Shown piece after piece: positions 51,285-64,000 of a stretch of DNA of 64,000 bases (position 1 is its first letter; each line of letters begins with the position of its first letter). Origin of the DNA: Vicugna vicugna (Eukaryota); contig MU058540.1 in assembly GCA_013265495.1 (NCBI GenBank), positions 2,257,696-2,321,695 of the forward strand, given 5' to 3'. Both the position numbers and the translations under genes were made by a program. The notes beneath the pieces were generated by a model, which was given only the letters and a program-made list of their open reading frames with translations, did no database searches and was not told where the DNA came from.

Positions 51285-54200
51285 CTGTGGGGAAAAGATA
51301 AACCCTGCTTCACTTTCCTTTCAGGGGTAAAACTTTCAAATCTCCACAAAGGAACTACAGAGTCAGCCTCACCAGTTTAATGAAAATACCATGTCCAAGC
51401 TTCAGCTCACTGTCTAATCAAATATATATTCTCCACATTTTTCTCTGCTCGCCTCCATGATTTGTCAAACACACAAGACAAGGCAAGGCCAAGTGACTGA
51501 TTCGGCTGGTAGAGCTACTACAAGCCACAATCAGATCACTGATTACCAAGGGAAAGGAAGAGTAGCCACTGTTTGTGACCATCTAGCTCCTTCTGTTTCA
51601 GTATTGTCTCTTTTGGTGTATGAGGCAAGACCTACAGGGAGGCTGGCACCTTTGGCCATTTGTCTTATCTTTGTCTACTTGGCTTGACATCATCTATGTT
51701 ACCAATGTTACCTAGAAACCATCCTCAGATGGGATGACAAATTAAGGGAATTTCCACTCACAGAAACTCTAAAATAGTTTCAAGTGGGCTTTTTTTCCGG
51801 TCTAATCATGATGCACTTTAATTATCTCAACAATGAGATACCATTTTTCAGTCCATCAAATTAAACCAGCAAATTAAAAATATTGAAGATGCCCCATAAA
51901 AATGGCTGTTGAGTATGGTACTTTTGGAAAATAACTTGGCAATATATCAAGAAATGCTGCTATGCTTCCACACAGACATTCTGTTTTACTTTTAGAAATC
52001 TATCCTAAATGTAGAAAAGGGTAGACTACAAAATTACTCCTTGTTGTGTTATGTATAGTAACAAAAATCCAGACAACTTAATATTCCAATAATAGGAAAG
52101 TGATTAAATAAGTTATAGTATGGACTATTGTGCTATATGTTAAATTAAAACAAGAATACCAGATTGTGTGTAGAGTTAGATCACAATTATACAAAGTACT
52201 ATCCATACATAGAAAATAATATTGGTGAGACATATGCCAAAAGGTTAATAGTGGTTTATGTGTGATTGTGGATGATATTTTTATCTACTATGGATTTTCC
52301 AAAGTTTTAAAAGTAGGCATGTCTCCTTTTGTAATGGAAGGAATGTTTCTTAAATATAAGAAAATGAAGATCTATACTCATAGGGATGTAAAATCAGAGC
52401 CTCAACATAGAATCTAACCTACTTTAAGAAACATTTTCTTATGTTCATGAAGGCCCTGCATTAGCTTAACATTTCTCAGCCTTTTCCTAGCCAGCCTCTC
52501 CTCTATATACTCTGCCTGGGAATTAGAACTAATCCTATTACCAGGATGGCGTCGGTCCAAGATTACTCTGGTTTTCTGAGGTTACTCAGTGACCAGTTGG
52601 ACTCAACAGGTTGGTAGAGGAGGGAAGGGCAAACAAAGATGGAGTCATCAGAAATAACTTCTTCCTCATCTTCATCTTCTTTCCAATCAAGAATCTCCAA
52701 AAATTTCTGCAATTTGCAGGGAGATGTAGTAGGAAAGATAAGAAATCCAACTTCTTGGGCTTTTACAAGATTTTTGGCTTGAGGTATGGAGTATGAAGAG
52801 GAAACAAATCTTTGTAAAACAATGTATAATGAACATTTTACCTTTCTGAATATTAAGATAAAAGATGCTCATGTATAAAGAAGAATTAAATTTATATATA
52901 ATTTCCATCATCCGAGAGATAACCACTGTTAACATTTTGGTATGTTGTATATATTTTTCATACTAAATTGGAACAATATTGAATATACTATTAAATCATG
53001 TTTTTTAAAAGTTGATGTTGATTTCCTTGCTAACTAGTTGAGATCCTAGCCAGGATGCTCCACCAATTACTCTCCTAAGGATTTTGCAACAAGCAAATGG
53101 TAGCTCAAAGAAGAAAAGAATCATTCATAGTTTAATACTTGCAGAGCCCCATTTTATAGAAATTCCGATATTCCACTGATCAGATTGTGTTCACATTTTC
53201 TCACCCAGAAACATCCTAGCTAGATGCTGTGAAAATAATGTGCCATACATGGTTAGCCAAAAGCAAGGGCTGTTCTATCCCCAACATATTCATAGTTAAG
53301 GGAGTGCTTACCTACTTTTACCACTACCCTTCAGTGAATTCTGATAGATTTTTTTATTTGAGATTTTTAAAAATTCTGATTCTTCTATAAAGCTATAAAG
53401 AAAAAAAATCATTGTTCAAAGTAAATTAGTGGGTGGCCCTCCTAAAATAGACTCCCAAGAGTTATAGCACCAGAGGTGCTATATAAACTAAATTCTGGAG
53501 ATGGCTTCTGCTGGGAATCAGAGGACAGCTTGTGGGATAAACACAAGCTTAATCCCACCCACCATGCATATATTCCATGGCTGGTTTTGAAGGTCCCTGA
53601 ATCACAGGAGCAGAAGGCAGCCACAGCCTTGAGATGGCCCTGCTCTACTGAAACCTGATTCTCACCAGGTGGAATAGATGTGTTCAAAAGAATGAGGATA
53701 ATATTTACAACCACTTCAGCTTCAAGGACTGCCACCTCAGTGTGTAACCAGGCTGCTGCACCTGGAATAAAATCTCTCTCTCTCCTTAGTACTACCTAAA
53801 AATAGCTAAAGGGAACGTTATGGAAATTTAAAAGGAAATTATGGTCACTGGACATTGATCTATATTGTAACTTAGATTGATTATAGCCAGTAATTAATAC
53901 ACCTTGCATCTCTAAAAGTAAGGTCATCAGCCTCACACAAAAGGAAGAAATGGCACATAAGAGGCATCCAAGCTGAACAGAGTTAAACCTCAATTTCTAT
54001 ACCTTGCCTTCTACTGTTGTGAACTAACCAGAGGCAGTGTGGCAGCAGTAGGGGGACGGAGTTCATATGAATGCAGAACAAGGCCTTCTGGAGACTGTTT
54101 AGGAAAACAGATGGCATGAATGCACAATGAGCTTCCAAGCCTGTGCTGGTAATGGGCGTTCTGGCATTTGAAGTCTATTTTGGTCATGTTTAACTGAATC

Positions 54201-54483
54201 CTTACTTCTGAAGTTTACTTTTTAGCTTGAGCAATTTAAAAAAAAGTTTATTGAGAATAACAATTGTTTCCTGAGTGCTTATTATTTGTTCAACACCATT
54301 CTCTATATATTATACATATTATCTTATTTGATTCCCAATTCCATGTGATAAGAAAGGAACTAGAAATAGGTTGGGGCAACCGCTGGGGACAAGCTGAATG
54401 CAGTTCTTCTCAGAGATGCCTACCAAGATGCTATCTGGAGATCCATTCTTTATTGACTTAGTTATCTGCTCAGTCCTACTTAC

Positions 54484-54561
54484 ATTTGGCAGCTCATAGA
54501 AGAAGCGTCCCACCTTCACCATCAGGAGCAGCATCACACCTGCGCCTACCAGAGATGCAAA
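54484..54561 (-). CDS. SLC26A8: SLC26A8 exon (FASLVGAGVMLLLMVKVGRFFYELPN)
   Basis: ctcctcag| ... AAT|gtaagt; 78 nt, phase 0-0. Confidence 0.93.
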
Positions 54562-57039
54562 CTGAGGAGACAGAGCCGGTTGGAGAGAGACCATCAGGAA
54601 TGTACTGTTCCCTGTCTGCAACTGAGGCCTTCTGCTTCGTGAGAAGCATGTCATTTTCTCTTAAAAGGTGTTGAGTATAACCATCTAGCATAAGTGCATT
54701 TTTTGGTGAACATTTTTTAGGTCTTGTTAAAGTGCCAAACACAAACTAGGTACTCAATAAATACTTGACTAAGTGCATGAAGTCTTCCTGAAAAGCCACA
54801 AATTGTCTTGGGTATTTGATTCTTTCTTGCAATAGCTTTGTGCTACGAATCTGAAGTCTCCTAAAATCTGACCTTCATCTCCTTCTAACTTTAACCTCTC
54901 TTTGAACAGTTTAGGAGAGCTCTAGTAGACTCACCACTGTCAGCCCTGAAATCCCAACCTTTCCACCTCGCTCTTTTGGAGCTTGGATAGCTTCGCATCT
55001 AACGGCTTCAGTGGGGCTTCATCTTAAAAATACCACGATATTCACTTCCGATTTTCTGACTTTAGTTTCTCTCTGCCTCGCTGCTATCAAAAAAAGTTAC
55101 AAACATGAGTCGGGGCTGTATATAGCAGCTCTGGATCCTACCCCAGCTGGCCTGGCTACTCTGGGCTCAGTACTACTTGGTAAGCAGTGATCAGACTGTC
55201 CAATACAGGTAGAAAGCTAAGAAGCATAGTTCCTTTTACAATCTCAAGGCTCTCTGGACATAGTCTTGAACGCATTATATCCCCTATTGATAAATTTCCA
55301 TTGTTTAAGCCCCTGCTAATAAAAAAATAATACAAGGCAGTATAATTACCCACTGTGATGGGGGGAGAGGATGAAACTGTAATCTCAAGTTAAAACAATG
55401 GCATATACAAGCAAGAACAAGCAAGCTTATATCTAAACCATTAAATGACCACTCAGCAATAATTCTCTAATTTATTTTTTATTTCTTAGGTGTGAAAAAA
55501 ATAGCTCCCTACTGGATTCCCTCTCACTGCTCATTGCTATTTGCCATATAAATGCAACACTGAAAATAGTAGCAATGAAATCAACGTCCTACTTCCTTCT
55601 TTCCCCGTCCTAGATGATTCACAGCTACAGGAGCAACTCAGCATGGAAAAGCTGTAGAAAGGATTCAAGAAAATGGATCACTACACCTGAAACTCAGGAA
55701 GTTCTCATGGCAAACATTTCATACACTGTGGAACTTAAAACAGGTAACTAAGAGCCATAAACTTCTCCAGCCAATGTACAAGCTAGCCTGATGCTGCACC
55801 TAATTTCAGGATCTGGCTTCAGGCATTCTTGTTTGGCACTATACAAAGAAACTGCTTTAATTAGCGTAGGAACATATATCAGGACTTTTCCTTCCTACCA
55901 CTCCTTTCCTCAAAAATTCTTCTGATTATTTTTAAGGAAACAAAGACATACAGATACCAAAATAAGTTATATAAAACTTAGTTTAAAATGAGTACAAACC
56001 AGATACTGAATCCCATAAAACTTGCTGCTCAGAGAGGGTTAGGAGGCCTGCCAATAATTGTGTCCCCCATGGCTGCACATGCAGGGGAGTGGGCTTTGGG
56101 ATTAGAGGGCCATCCTTAGTGGCATTGTGCCTTAGGAGGATGCTTGATGGCTCTCAGAATCCCAGACTCAGTGCCTTGACAGGGTCTAGAGACAGCAAGC
56201 ATGTGTAACTTTACATCTCATGCATGTTTTGCTTTTCTGCTCTGACTTACCATCACTTTTCCAGGCTTTCTTGAGCAAAGACTGATTCTGCCTTCTTTCT
56301 GAGAATTTAAGGCAATACGAGTTCCCGCAGACCACAGCCACAAACGACATGCAGACCTTCAGATACCCACTGTTCCGTAAGTAGTGGACAGTAGATTACC
56401 TACCATGCACCAGTCAGGGCACCAGCGGCCTGGGATAGAAGCTCTAATTTTTGAACATCTTAAGTGACAGGCACTATGATGGGCATTATTATCATCCAGT
56501 TTAATCCTCACAACTGAAAGGTTATCCTTATCTCCGTTTTTATAGATGACAGCCTCAGAAAGCAAAAGTAACTTGCCCAGAGTCACACATCCAGGAACCA
56601 CTAAGTCAGGTTTCAATCTACCTGACTGGCTTGACTTCAAAATCCAGGCTCTCCCCACGACCCCAGCTGCTTCCTCTAGAAATAATACAGTTCACTTCTT
56701 TCTTTTATTATTTCTTTCTTTCGTTCTTTTTCCCCCCAAATAATAACTCATTTTTAAGCAGTTTTGGGAACCTGGGGACAAGGCAGGAAGGCTGGTCCTT
56801 GGAAAGCAGAGAACCAGGAAATGAACCCAATCACAGAGAAGAGGGAAGCACAGTGGTCAGAACTGGACAAGCTGGAAGGTGTAGTGGGAACAGTTCAACT
56901 GGGCCTGCCAGCAACTCAAGCCCAGGCCATGGCAGAAAGGTTAATAGGTGTTGCTGCAACCAGCGAAGACAAGTGGGTTCTACACAGGGAAAAATTAAAG
57001 TGAAATACAGATACATTATATACAGTTTGTATTTATGGT

Positions 57040-57117
57040 TATAAGTAAGTATGTAAATAAATAAATAAGTAAATAAGTAAGCAAGTAAGTAAGTAAATAA
57101 ATAAATAAATAAATAAA
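57040..57117. repeat. (TAAA/TAAG)n tetranucleotide microsatellite
   Basis: Direct reading of the sequence. Confidence 0.9.
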
Positions 57118-57909
57118 AGTGGCCCTTGGTGGCAGGTCGTATCTGAGAGGTTCAGAGCCATCCCTGTGGCTTCCCTTTCCTGTAGTCCTGGGGAGCTTTG
57201 AAAAAGTGGGGGTGTTCTCAGGCAGAGTGAATCAAAAATCTCCAGAGAAAAAGGGTTGAGAGTACAACCCCTGCTGTGGGATGAAGAAAGCTGAATGAGA
57301 CTCAGAGACCTTTGCTGGTCCAGATCATCAACTCAGATTGGAGACTGGGTAGCTCCAATGTGTCGGGCCAGGGGCCAGCGGCATTCTCTGCTTGAACCAG
57401 CGATTTGCCCTGGATAAATCATCATCTTGGGGAAGGGTTTACCAGCATCCCTAGGGACATGCTTCTCTGTGAAGGGTCACTGCACCACAGAGAGAGATGT
57501 CATTGATAGGGGAGTGTGTTGTATGGGAGAACAATGCAGCAGCAGAAAACAGAATGAGAACCACAGGCTGCCTCTGAGGCAGGCACTGTCCAACAGGCTA
57601 AAGGCAACTCTGAGGCTGAATGGAAATCCTTCTTCCTTCCCTCCATCAATTTATATATAACCTAACCCTTTTTCGATGAGCCATGAAAGTCCCACTTCCT
57701 CCATCATTCTCCTTCCTGCAATATTATGGCATTTTTTACTGACTGTATTTATTCTGCACTTGATTTTTCTTTCACTGTGATTTAGTTTTATCCAGGTGCA
57801 TGCGTCTTTTCCCCCCAAATTTGTTATGCTTGTATACTAAATAAGCAAAGTGTGTTATCAAAAGTTGGCAAGAACTAATGTCTGGAACTGCCATTACCAT
57901 TTCTTCTTT

Positions 57910-58027
57910 TTTTGTATTTTCAAATTTAATTTTTAAAATTATTTATTTATCTTATGCAGGTACTGGGGATTGAACCTAGGACCTTGAGCATGTTAAGCAC
58001 ATGCTCTGCCACTGAGCTATACCCCCA
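57910..58027 (-). mobile_element. Camelid Vic-type SINE
   Basis: Reverse strand reads 'ggggtatagctcagtggcagagcatgtgcttaacatgctcaaggtcctaggttcaatccccagtacc' plus an A-rich tail; imperfect TSD CCAT(T/C)TCTTCTT. Confidence 0.88.
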
Positions 58028-59308
58028 CTCCACTTCCATCTCTTCTTATCATAAAATCTTCTCATTTTGGCTTCAAAGGTTTTGCACACTTGCAAAGAAC
58101 ATCCTTCTTTTTAACATGACTCGTCTTCCTTCTTTTTGCCAAATAGTAGTGCAAAGGAGCCACACCTTAAAGGCCAGTGTGTCTGGTAGGAGCTCAATAA
58201 CAACAAACCCAGTCCACATAAAATATGACGTGGTCTTACTCTAGACCCATGCTCTCACCCCTGCCTAACCTTATGACTTTTATTGGCTTTCACCCTATAT
58301 TTGCCCATAGACTGTGACACTTTATCTTTCCCATTCAAATTTAGTGTCCGTTCTTTTGACGCTTTACTTTTTGTCCATGGCTATACCTTCCTACTGTGCT
58401 TTTGCAGACGAAGCTTGTCTTTGAATTCTGTCACTGCTTCTCTGCCTTCTGAACCTTGACTCATTCCCTGAGCTGACTCTAGTTTCAATTCTGATAGTTC
58501 TTTGGCATTTGTTCATGCTACATAAATGAGAGATAAAATAAAAATAAAATAAATGAGAGATGGGACAAGAGATGTCCCATCCCTCATGTTGTAAAGTTGT
58601 AACTTATCTGGTCCTTTTAAAACTCATGATCACTGGACTTGAGAAATCTCATGCCTGCAGTTAGAGAGCTCGCCTTTAGAGCCTTCTCTACCACCATTGC
58701 CCCTTCACCTCTTCTCTTCCATACACCTGTCTATTAAGTTTTCTAATTCAGGATAACTGAAGAGAGTCTGACCTAGATAATTTTCTCTTATACAAAGGCA
58801 GAATGGTCATAAATTCCCCAGGTTCACCTAGACAAAGACTTTACCCTTTATCACGAAAGCCTCTTGTTATGCCTTTTGAGGAAGCCAGTAATGTTAGTTC
58901 TGCTGCCAGGAAGGAGAGAGCTGTATTAGTGCTTTCCCAACTAGGGCTGAGAATATATCTCCCCGTGGGGAAAAAAGTGTTTATTGGTGATGGTTAGTTT
59001 ACCTGAAATGTTATCTTTCAGGTATGTTACATGGAAAGTGGCTTTTTGTGAGCTAATATGTAGAAGCCTCTTATATAGAATAATATTTCTATAGAAAATG
59101 ACTATCATGTTCCACATTGACAGCATTGATAGCTTTTAAGACAAAAATCTAAGCAAAAATTAAGGTGAGTATGAAATCCAAATTCTTCCCAAAAGGATAA
59201 TATTAAAATAGCAACATGGTTAAACTAATATAATCACCTTCTGTGAACATACATGTGAATGGACATATATGGCTTTATATATTAGAGGTCAAATTCTATT
59301 TCACACAC

Positions 59309-59422
59309 CTGTTGTCTTCCTCCAGATTTATCCTGGATAACAGTCCTGATAACAGCACCAGTAAACACATACGATCTGAAAAATGAACTGACGACATTGC
59401 AAAGGCCAATGGCTATTAAATC
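59309..59422 (-). CDS. SLC26A8: SLC26A8 exon (DLIAIGLCNVVSSFFRSYVFTGAVIRTVIQDKSGGRQQ)
   Basis: ctttacag| ... CAG|gtgtgt; 114 nt, phase 0-0; conserved SLC26 core motif, read directly from the sequence (not in the ORF track). Confidence 0.93.
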
Positions 59423-59843
59423 CTGTAAAGAAATAGCAAACATCTTAGGCCCTTTATGTGTTGAAGAAGGCTGATTTGACTTTGAACTAAAGGTATACTG
59501 TTATTTCTTGTGTATGAAGATAGGGTTGTTTATATCACTTCAAGTAATACTGAAATATTAGAAACAACTAAAAGATGGCAAATCTCATTTTTCCATTTTA
59601 GCTAGCGATCATAAGGAAAGCACTTTTTCCAGGTGAGAAAATGAGACTTTTGCCTTATTATTCTCCCTTACCTGATCGCTAAGACTTAGAATAACAGAAG
59701 GAAACATAGTATTATTTTTCTCACTTCCTTCTATAGTATCCTAAAGTCAAAGCAGGACACTTCTTGCTTTCACATATCCTTTTTGATTTCTAGGGAAAGG
59801 GCCAAGCTCAGAGTAGTTGGAGATTTTTTTTTGCAATGACAAA

Positions 59844-60238
59844 TACTAAGTGAAGTAAGCCAGAAAGAAAAAGAAAAATACCATATGATATCACTTAGGT
59901 GTGGAATCTAAAGAAATGAGACAAATGAACTTATTTATAAAACAGAGGCTCACTCAAAGACAGAAAACGTGTGGTTACCACCGGTGGAAGGGGGTGGTGT
60001 GGAGGGATAAAATGGGAGTTTGGGATTTGCAGATACTAACTACTATTTATAAAATAGGTAAACAGCAAGACCCTACTGTATAGCACAGGGAACTAAATTC
60101 AATACCTTGTAATAGCCTATAATGGAAAAGAATATGAAAAGGAACATATATATGTATAACTGAATCATTATGCTGTACACCACGAACTAACACATTATAA
60201 ACCAACTACAATAAAAAAAATTCTTTTTCAATTTAAAA
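59844..60238 (+). mobile_element. LINE-1 3' end in an SLC26A8 intron
   Basis: L1 3'UTR family as at 40029; flanking repeat AATGACAAA. Confidence 0.85.
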
Positions 60239-60617
60239 AAATGACAAAGACAATTTCTGGGATAGCAACTTAGTTATATTATTAGCTTAGTTTTGGTATT
60301 CCACTGCATTGACCTCTGAGAACTTGCTGGAAAGGAAGGTAAAAGGAGTTCTGCTAGCTTAACATGATGCCATAGGTTATCTCCCTGCCTCCCTATACCA
60401 TGTCTGTTCTAGAGTAACAATACTCACATTAACTCAGGTGGCTTCAAAGCTAAGTATGCCACACTTCTCAAAAACCCTTTGGTAATTATAGTTCAAATTT
60501 TGGTCCCAGGGACTCTCTGGTTAGAGAAGAATCCAGTCTTCATGTTAGCAGGAGGCTCAGGTTAGAGAACAAAGACTTAAAGGTCAGAGGAAGTAATAGA
60601 CAGGCCTGTCCTCTCAC

Positions 60618-60765
60618 CTGGTTGGAATTGACGTCGTAGTTATGGAAGATGGCAATCTTCCTGCCCAGAAATACGAGCAGAGATGAGCTCACCACGGCTA
60701 AGGAGAAAGATTCTAATATAACTGCAGTAAGCATGCTCAAATCTGGTGTTTCAGGAAACAGGAAG
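60618..60765 (-). CDS. SLC26A8: SLC26A8 internal exon (SFLFPETPDL...NYDVNSNQ)
   Basis: ttttattccag| ... CAG|gtgaga; 148 nt; SLC26 sulfate-transporter transmembrane sequence ending in the typical NSNQ motif. Confidence 0.92.
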
Positions 60766-61235
60766 CTGGAATAAAATGGTAGAATTATTCCTAGAGCACA
60801 GGAATCATTTATTGGCACCTCCCCTGCTCCATCCTTATCATATGTGGGTCAGGCCTGACTTTTTTTTTTTTAATAAAAATAAGAGATAAGAGCAGTCACT
60901 GAGGCAGTAGCTTGCCAAAACTGCCAGCAAACCAAGGCAAGTTACAGAAGCCATTAAGAGAGAATGCTCTGCTATCTTCTAGTTTAAGGTTTCTGCCATG
61001 TGCCAATGGCAGCAAATAGAACAGGCAAAACAATAAAAGCTGAGGAAAAATGGTTTATTTACAGTGTTCAAGACCACAACAGGGGGTAAGCAATAGGCAG
61101 ATATCTAAGATGGTTTAGAGCTAAAAAGCTCAATATATCCCTTCTAGTCACACTCAAATCTCTCAGGGTATATAATTTCAGTCCTTGTCCTTTATACAAA
61201 TTATAACTGATTCTATCCACATCTTTTTTCCCCCA

Positions 61236-63965
61236 ATTTTTCTGTGGTGAAATATACATGAAATGAAATTTACCATCTTACCCATCCCATACTGTACAGT
61301 TCAGTGGTATTAAATATATTCATAATGTTCAACCATCAAAACCATCTACTCCATAACTCTTTCATCTTATAAAGCTGAAACTCTATACCCATTAATCAAT
61401 AACTCTCCATTTCCCCCTTCACCCAGCCCTGACAACAACCATTCCACTTTGTGCCTTGATGATTTTGACTACTTAAATACCTCAATAAGTGGAATCATAT
61501 TGTATTTGTCTTTTTGTGATTGGCTTATTTCACTTAACAAAATATTCTCAAGCTTCATCTGTACTGTAGTATATGTCAGATTTTCCTTCCTTTTTAAGGC
61601 TGAATAATATTTTAGTGTATGTATAGATCACATTTTACTTATCCATTCATCCATCGATGGACACTTACAGTTTCTTCCAGGTTTTAGCTATTGCGAATAA
61701 CGTTGCTATGAACATGGGTGCACAAATGTCTCTTCAAGATGCTGCTGTTAATTTGGTGGGGGGTATTATATCCAGAAGTAGAATTTCTGGGTCATATGGT
61801 AGTTCTCTTTTTAATTTTTTGAGGAACCAATGTACTACTTTCCACAGTGGCTGTACATTTTACATTTCCACTAACAGTGCCCAAAGTTCCATTTTCTCCA
61901 CATCCTAACCAACACTTGCTATTTTCTGTCTTTAAAAAAAAAAACAGTAGCCATTCTAATGGATGTGAGGTGGTATCTCCTAGTTTTGAATTGCATTCCC
62001 CAAATGATTAGTGATGTCGAGCATCTTATGTGCTTCTTGGCCACTCCTATATCATCCTCCTATATCGTCCTTTCCTCACTTTTTGAGTCAGGTTGTTTGT
62101 TTTTTGTTGCTGCATTTTGGGAAATCTCTATATATTTTAGATACTGATCCCTTATCATAGGTGATTTGCAAATATTTTCTCCTATTCTGTGAGTTGTCTT
62201 TTTTCTCTGTTGATAGTGTCTTTTGATGCACAAAAGATTTTAATTTTCATGAAGTCCAATTTGTCTATTTTTTTGCCTGTTCCTTTGAAGTCATAGCCAA
62301 GAAATTATTGCCAAATCCAATGCCATGAAGTTCTTGTCCTATGTTTTCTCCTAAGAGTTTTATAGTTTTAGGTCTTACATTTAGGTTTTGATCCATTTTG
62401 AGTTAATTTTTGTATATGGTGTTAGATAAGAGTCCAACTTCATTCTTTTGCATGTGGATACCCAGTTTTCCTAGCACCATCTGTTGAAAAGATTGTCTTC
62501 TTCTCATTGAATGGTCTTGGCATCCTTGTCATTTGACTATGTATGCAAGGATTCATTTCTGGATCTTCATTCCATTCTATTGGTCTATGTCTGTCTTTAT
62601 GCCTATACCACACTGTTTTGATTACTGTGGATTTGTAGTAAGTTTTGAAATTAGTAAGTATGAGTCCTCTAACTTCATTCTTTTGCAAGATTGCTTTGGC
62701 TATTCAGAGTTCCTTGAAATTCCATATGAATTTTAGGATGAGTTTTAATATTTCTGCAAAAAAAAATCATTGGGAATTTGACAGGGATTGAACTGAATCC
62801 ATAGACTTCTTTGGGTAGTATTAACATCTTAACAATATTACGTTTTCCAGTCTATGAACATGGAAAGTATTTCCATTTATTTCCTTCTTTCATCAGTGTT
62901 TTGTAGCTTTCGTCGTACAAGTCTTTCGCCTCCTTGGTTAATTATTAAGTATTTAATTCCTTTTGATGCTATTGTGAATGGAATTTTTTTCATAATTTCT
63001 TTTTCAGATTGTTCACTGTTAATGTATAGAAAAGCAACTGACTTGTGTGTTGACATTGTATCCTGCTACTTTCTGAATTTAATTCCAACAGTTTGTGTGT
63101 GTGTGTATCTGTGTGTGTGTAATCTTTAGGGTTTTCTACATACGAAATAATCATCTGCAAACAGGAATAATTTTACATCTTCCTTTCCTGTTTGGATGCC
63201 TTTTATTTTTTATTTATGCTTAATTGCTCTGGCCAGAATTTCCAGCACTATGTTAAATATAAGTGGTGAAAGTGGGCATCCTTGCTTTGTTCCTGACCTT
63301 AGAGGAAAAGTCTTTCAGGCTTTCACTATTGAATATGTTTGCTGTGGATTTTTCATATAGGAGTTTCATTTGTCGAGGCAGTTTCCTTATATTCCTAGTT
63401 TCTTGAGCATTTTTGTCATGAAAGGGTGTTGAATTTTGTCACATGGTTTTTATGCATCAGTTGAAATGATTGTTTTTCCATTCATTCTGTTAATGTGGTG
63501 TATTGCATTGATCTATTTTTGCATTCCAGGAATAAAACCCACTTATTTACGGTGTAAAATACTTCTAATATGCTGCTTAATTTGGTTTCCTGGTTATTTT
63601 TGAGGATTTCTGTGTCAGTGTTTGTGAGTTTTCTTTTGTTGTAGTATTTTTGCCTTGCTTTAGTATCACGGTAATGCTGGCCTCATAGAATAAGTTGGGA
63701 GGTGTTTCCTCTTCTTCAATTTTTGGGAAAAGTTTAAGAAGAATTGGTATTAGTCCTTCAAATGCTTGGTAGAATTCACCTGTGAAGCCATCACCTGAGG
63801 ACTTTTCTTTGTCAGGAGATATTTGATTATCGATTCAATCTCCTTACTAATTTTAGGTTTATTTAGATTTTCTGTTTCTTTATGATTTAGTCTTAATAGG
63901 GTTTGAGTTTCTAGGAACTTTTCCATTTCATCTAGGTTATCAAATTTGTTGCATATGGTTGCTTA
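61236..63965 (-). mobile_element. L1MA/MB-type LINE-1 (3'UTR plus ORF2 C-terminal and RT region) in an SLC26A8 intron
   Basis: ORF 62440-62688 reads GLILTNFKTYYKSTVIKTVWY; RT-region phrases continue to ~63.9 kb; L1MA/MB-like 3'UTR at 61236-61650. Confidence 0.9.
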
Positions 63966-64000
63966 TAGGAGGAGGAGGAGGAGGTTTCTTATAGTATAAT

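Noticed and set aside
53666..53761. Possible 96-nt cryptic SLC26A8 exon (ccag|...|gtgaga)
   Set aside because: Purine-rich upstream tract, in-frame TAA, no SLC26 similarity, and the flanking exons already join correctly.
56760..57620. Possible LTR or pseudogene fragment in an SLC26A8 intron
   Set aside because: Purine-rich sequence that I could not assign to any family or protein by eye; needs a Dfam/BLAST search.
1..64000. CRISPR arrays, operons or other prokaryotic/phage systems
   Set aside because: The sequence is intron-exon mammalian DNA; no regularly spaced repeat-spacer structure was seen.

Overview
Mammalian genomic DNA, very probably a camelid (alpaca/llama/camel), judged from three copies of the camelid Vic-type tRNA-derived SINE. 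It is the SRPK1-SLC26A8 locus, with both genes on the minus strand. Bases 1-27785 are SRPK1 intron 2, densely filled with LINE-1, Tigger1 and MaLR remnants. SRPK1 exons 1-2 and their CpG-island promoter lie at about 27.6-28.6 kb. The last 12 coding exons of SLC26A8 (testis anion transporter) run from 60765 down to a stop at 42324; all have GT-AG splice sites and consistent phase. The intergenic space holds a decayed SOCS5 processed pseudogene on the + strand and a 33-nt tailless U2 snRNA retrocopy flanked by a target-site duplication (TSD). Main observations: (1) SRPK1 intron 1 encodes the SRPK1a retained-intron peptide but is broken by an apparent single-base frameshift; (2) SLC26A8 ends at an apparently premature TAG with an open 28-codon tail behind it; (3) SLC26A8 has an 81-nt stop-free in-frame intron at the TM/STAS junction; (4) there are many TSD-flanked L1-mediated insertions. 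I found no CRISPR array or prokaryote-type system. Comparisons to human sequences and repeat subfamily names are from memory, not from searches, and repeat boundaries are approximate.
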